A stretch of 64,000 nucleotides of DNA, taken from contig JAWOFO010000043.1 of assembly GCA_046497465.1 (NCBI GenBank), forward strand, positions 14,966-78,965, in the 5' to 3' direction. Source of the stretch: Desulfobia sp. GTDB taxonomy: Bacteria > Desulfobacterota > Desulfobulbia > Desulfobulbales > SURF-16. Positions 62,877-64,000 of this stretch are shown in pieces. The translations under genes and the position numbers were made by a program. The notes beneath the pieces are model-generated. The model was not told the origin of the DNA. It worked only from the letters and a program-made list of their open reading frames with translations, and made no database searches. Position 1 is the first letter of the stretch; every line of letters begins with the position of its first letter.

Positions 62877-63155
62877 CTCAACTTTCCGATTTGAGTAAAC
62901 TATTATGATTTCAGACGGTTGGTATAACCATTCAGGAACAGTTTCGTGTTTGAGTGGCTCTAAGGCTCACTTCACTAAAATTTCAAAACTCGCTCGTACC
63001 TCGCTCAGGCAGTTGAAATTTTTAACGTTTCGCTTCGCCAAAAGCCACTAACAAACACTGCACAATGTTCCTAGACATATCGACCGCTAAACACCACTGT
63101 CTGACGGGAAATTTTCACGTCGTATCATACAGATAAATTAAGCGGGAAAGTTGAG
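62877..63155 (-). mobile_element. family-A element, full-length copy A4 (279 bp; chimeric left arm of the short-copy type)
   Basis: The left arm CTCAACTTTCCGATTTGAGTAAACTATTATGATTTCAGACGGTTGG matches the short copies. The core and right arm match A2. It lies between hypD and hypE. Confidence 0.9.
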
Positions 63156-63196
63156 TTAAATAAAAATATTGTTGTCGTCTCCTGAATCCATTATGA

Positions 63197-64000
63197 TCAG
63201 CCATTCTGTAATTCGTGATCCATAATTTTCCCTTCCCGAACCGTGCCGTAACGATAATAGGCGGCACAGCTGCCCTCACTTGACACCATACATGGTCCTA
63301 CCGGATTGAGGGGGGTACATCTCCCAGCAAATAAAGGGCAGTCAGGTGGAGTACAGATACCTTTTAAAATAGAACCACAGCGACAGCCGGTAGGCTCATC
63401 AACCTCTTTGGAGACAATATTCAACCTCTTCTCTGCATTATACAGATCAAACTCAGGCCGAATTGCCAGCCCGCTTGCCGGGATGACTCCAAATCCCCGC
63501 CAGGAGGTGTCACAAACTTGGAAAACAGAATCAAGCATCTCCAGGGCATTCTTATTTCCCTCCCAGGTCACCACCCTGGGATAAGCATTCTCGACTATAG
63601 ATCGACAACAGCGCTTCTGGCGGGCCAGCATAATTATCCCCTGTAAAATATCAGCCGGTTCAAAACCGGTAACTACACAGGGTAAAGAGTAATTATCAGC
63701 CAGATGTTCATATGCCGAGACCCCTATGATTGCACTTACATGACCCGGGCATAGAAGTCCATCAATTCTCAGAGAGAAATCAGAAAACAGGGCTTCCAGA
63801 GCAGGCGGCATAAGTTTGTGGGTTGAGAAAACCGCAAAATTATCAACTTTATTCCGGGCAGCCTCCTGAATGGTGGCAGCTACTCCAGGTACGGTGGTCT
63901 CGAAACCTATTCCCAAAAAAACAACAAGCTCAGAAGGATTATCCTTCGCTTTCTGAAGGGCATCCACAGGAGAATAGACTATATCCACTCTGCCTCCACA
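63197..64000 (-). CDS. hypD: hydrogenase maturation protein HypD; the N-terminus lies beyond the window edge
   Basis: GIGFETT and CPGHVSAIIG motifs. The frame stays open upstream of the track GTG (…CGGRVDIVYSP) to position 64000. Confidence 0.9.
   Translation of the reverse strand, partial: CGGRVDIVYSPVDALQKAKDNPSELVVFLGIGFETTVPGVAATIQEAARNKVDNFAVFSTHKLMPPALEALFSDFSLRIDGLLCPGHVSAIIGVSAYEHLADNYSLPCVVTGFEPADILQGIIMLARQKRCCRSIVENAYPRVVTWEGNKNALEMLDSVFQVCDTSWRGFGVIPASGLAIRPEFDLYNAEKRLNIVSKEVDEPTGCRCGSILKGICTPPDCPLFAGRCTPLNPVGPCMVSSEGSCAAYYRYGTVREGKIMDHELQNG

Noticed and set aside
4755-63155. CRISPR-array interpretation of the recurring repeats
   Set aside because: The copies are 90-283 bp, palindromic, in both orientations, and scattered kilobases apart in separate intergenic regions. 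There is no regular repeat-spacer periodicity and there are no cas genes.
1-64000. tRNA, rRNA, tmRNA, RNase P or riboswitch candidates
   Set aside because: Scanning the longer intergenic regions by eye showed no cloverleaf-like or otherwise recognisable RNA-gene signatures. Absence cannot be proven without tRNAscan/Infernal.

Overview
This 64-kb chromosomal window appears to come from a strictly anaerobic, Wood-Ljungdahl-using, selenocysteine-rich bacterium. Gene content fits Desulfobacterota or Desulfobacteraceae-type sulfate reducers, but that is inference only. I support about 49 protein genes. They include an acetyl-CoA-carboxylase-like operon, lnt, prfB with its programmed +1 frameshift, a DtxR-family regulator, phoH-ybeY, pdxJ, adk, uvrB and thiL. 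They also include an ECF sigma/anti-sigma/DegP module, trpB2, a PAS-GGDEF protein, hom with an ApgM-like gene, panCD and xseA. A roughly 18-kb minus-strand carbonyl-branch cluster runs folD-cooS-(metF::acsD fusion)-acsB-acsC-(giant fdhA fusion)-hdrA-mvhD and is followed by hypE/hypD. I recognised no rRNA, tRNA, CRISPR array or transposase gene. Three points stand out. (1) A MITE-like, multiply nested palindromic repeat (family A) is present as four copies of about 283 bp and at least seven shorter or partial copies. One copy is inserted into another with a 7-bp duplication, and another lies inside the hdrA-mvhD spacer. (2) A second structured repeat (family B) occurs as an inverted pair. Each copy sits about 40 bp upstream of one of two convergent genes, in the same relative orientation. 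(3) Three consecutive genes (mvhD, hdrA, fdhA) each carry an in-frame TGA at a conserved Cys position with a downstream hairpin, so I call them selenoproteins rather than broken ORFs. There are also several unusual domain fusions: MetF::AcsD joined by a tandem-repeat linker, a 1372-aa FDH fusion, a double-module HdrA, and a PilB-family ATPase with a cNMP-binding domain. All calls come from reading the sequence and the ORF track by eye. Homology statements are motif recognition from memory, not searches. Non-coding coordinates were hand-counted and may be off by 1-2 nt.
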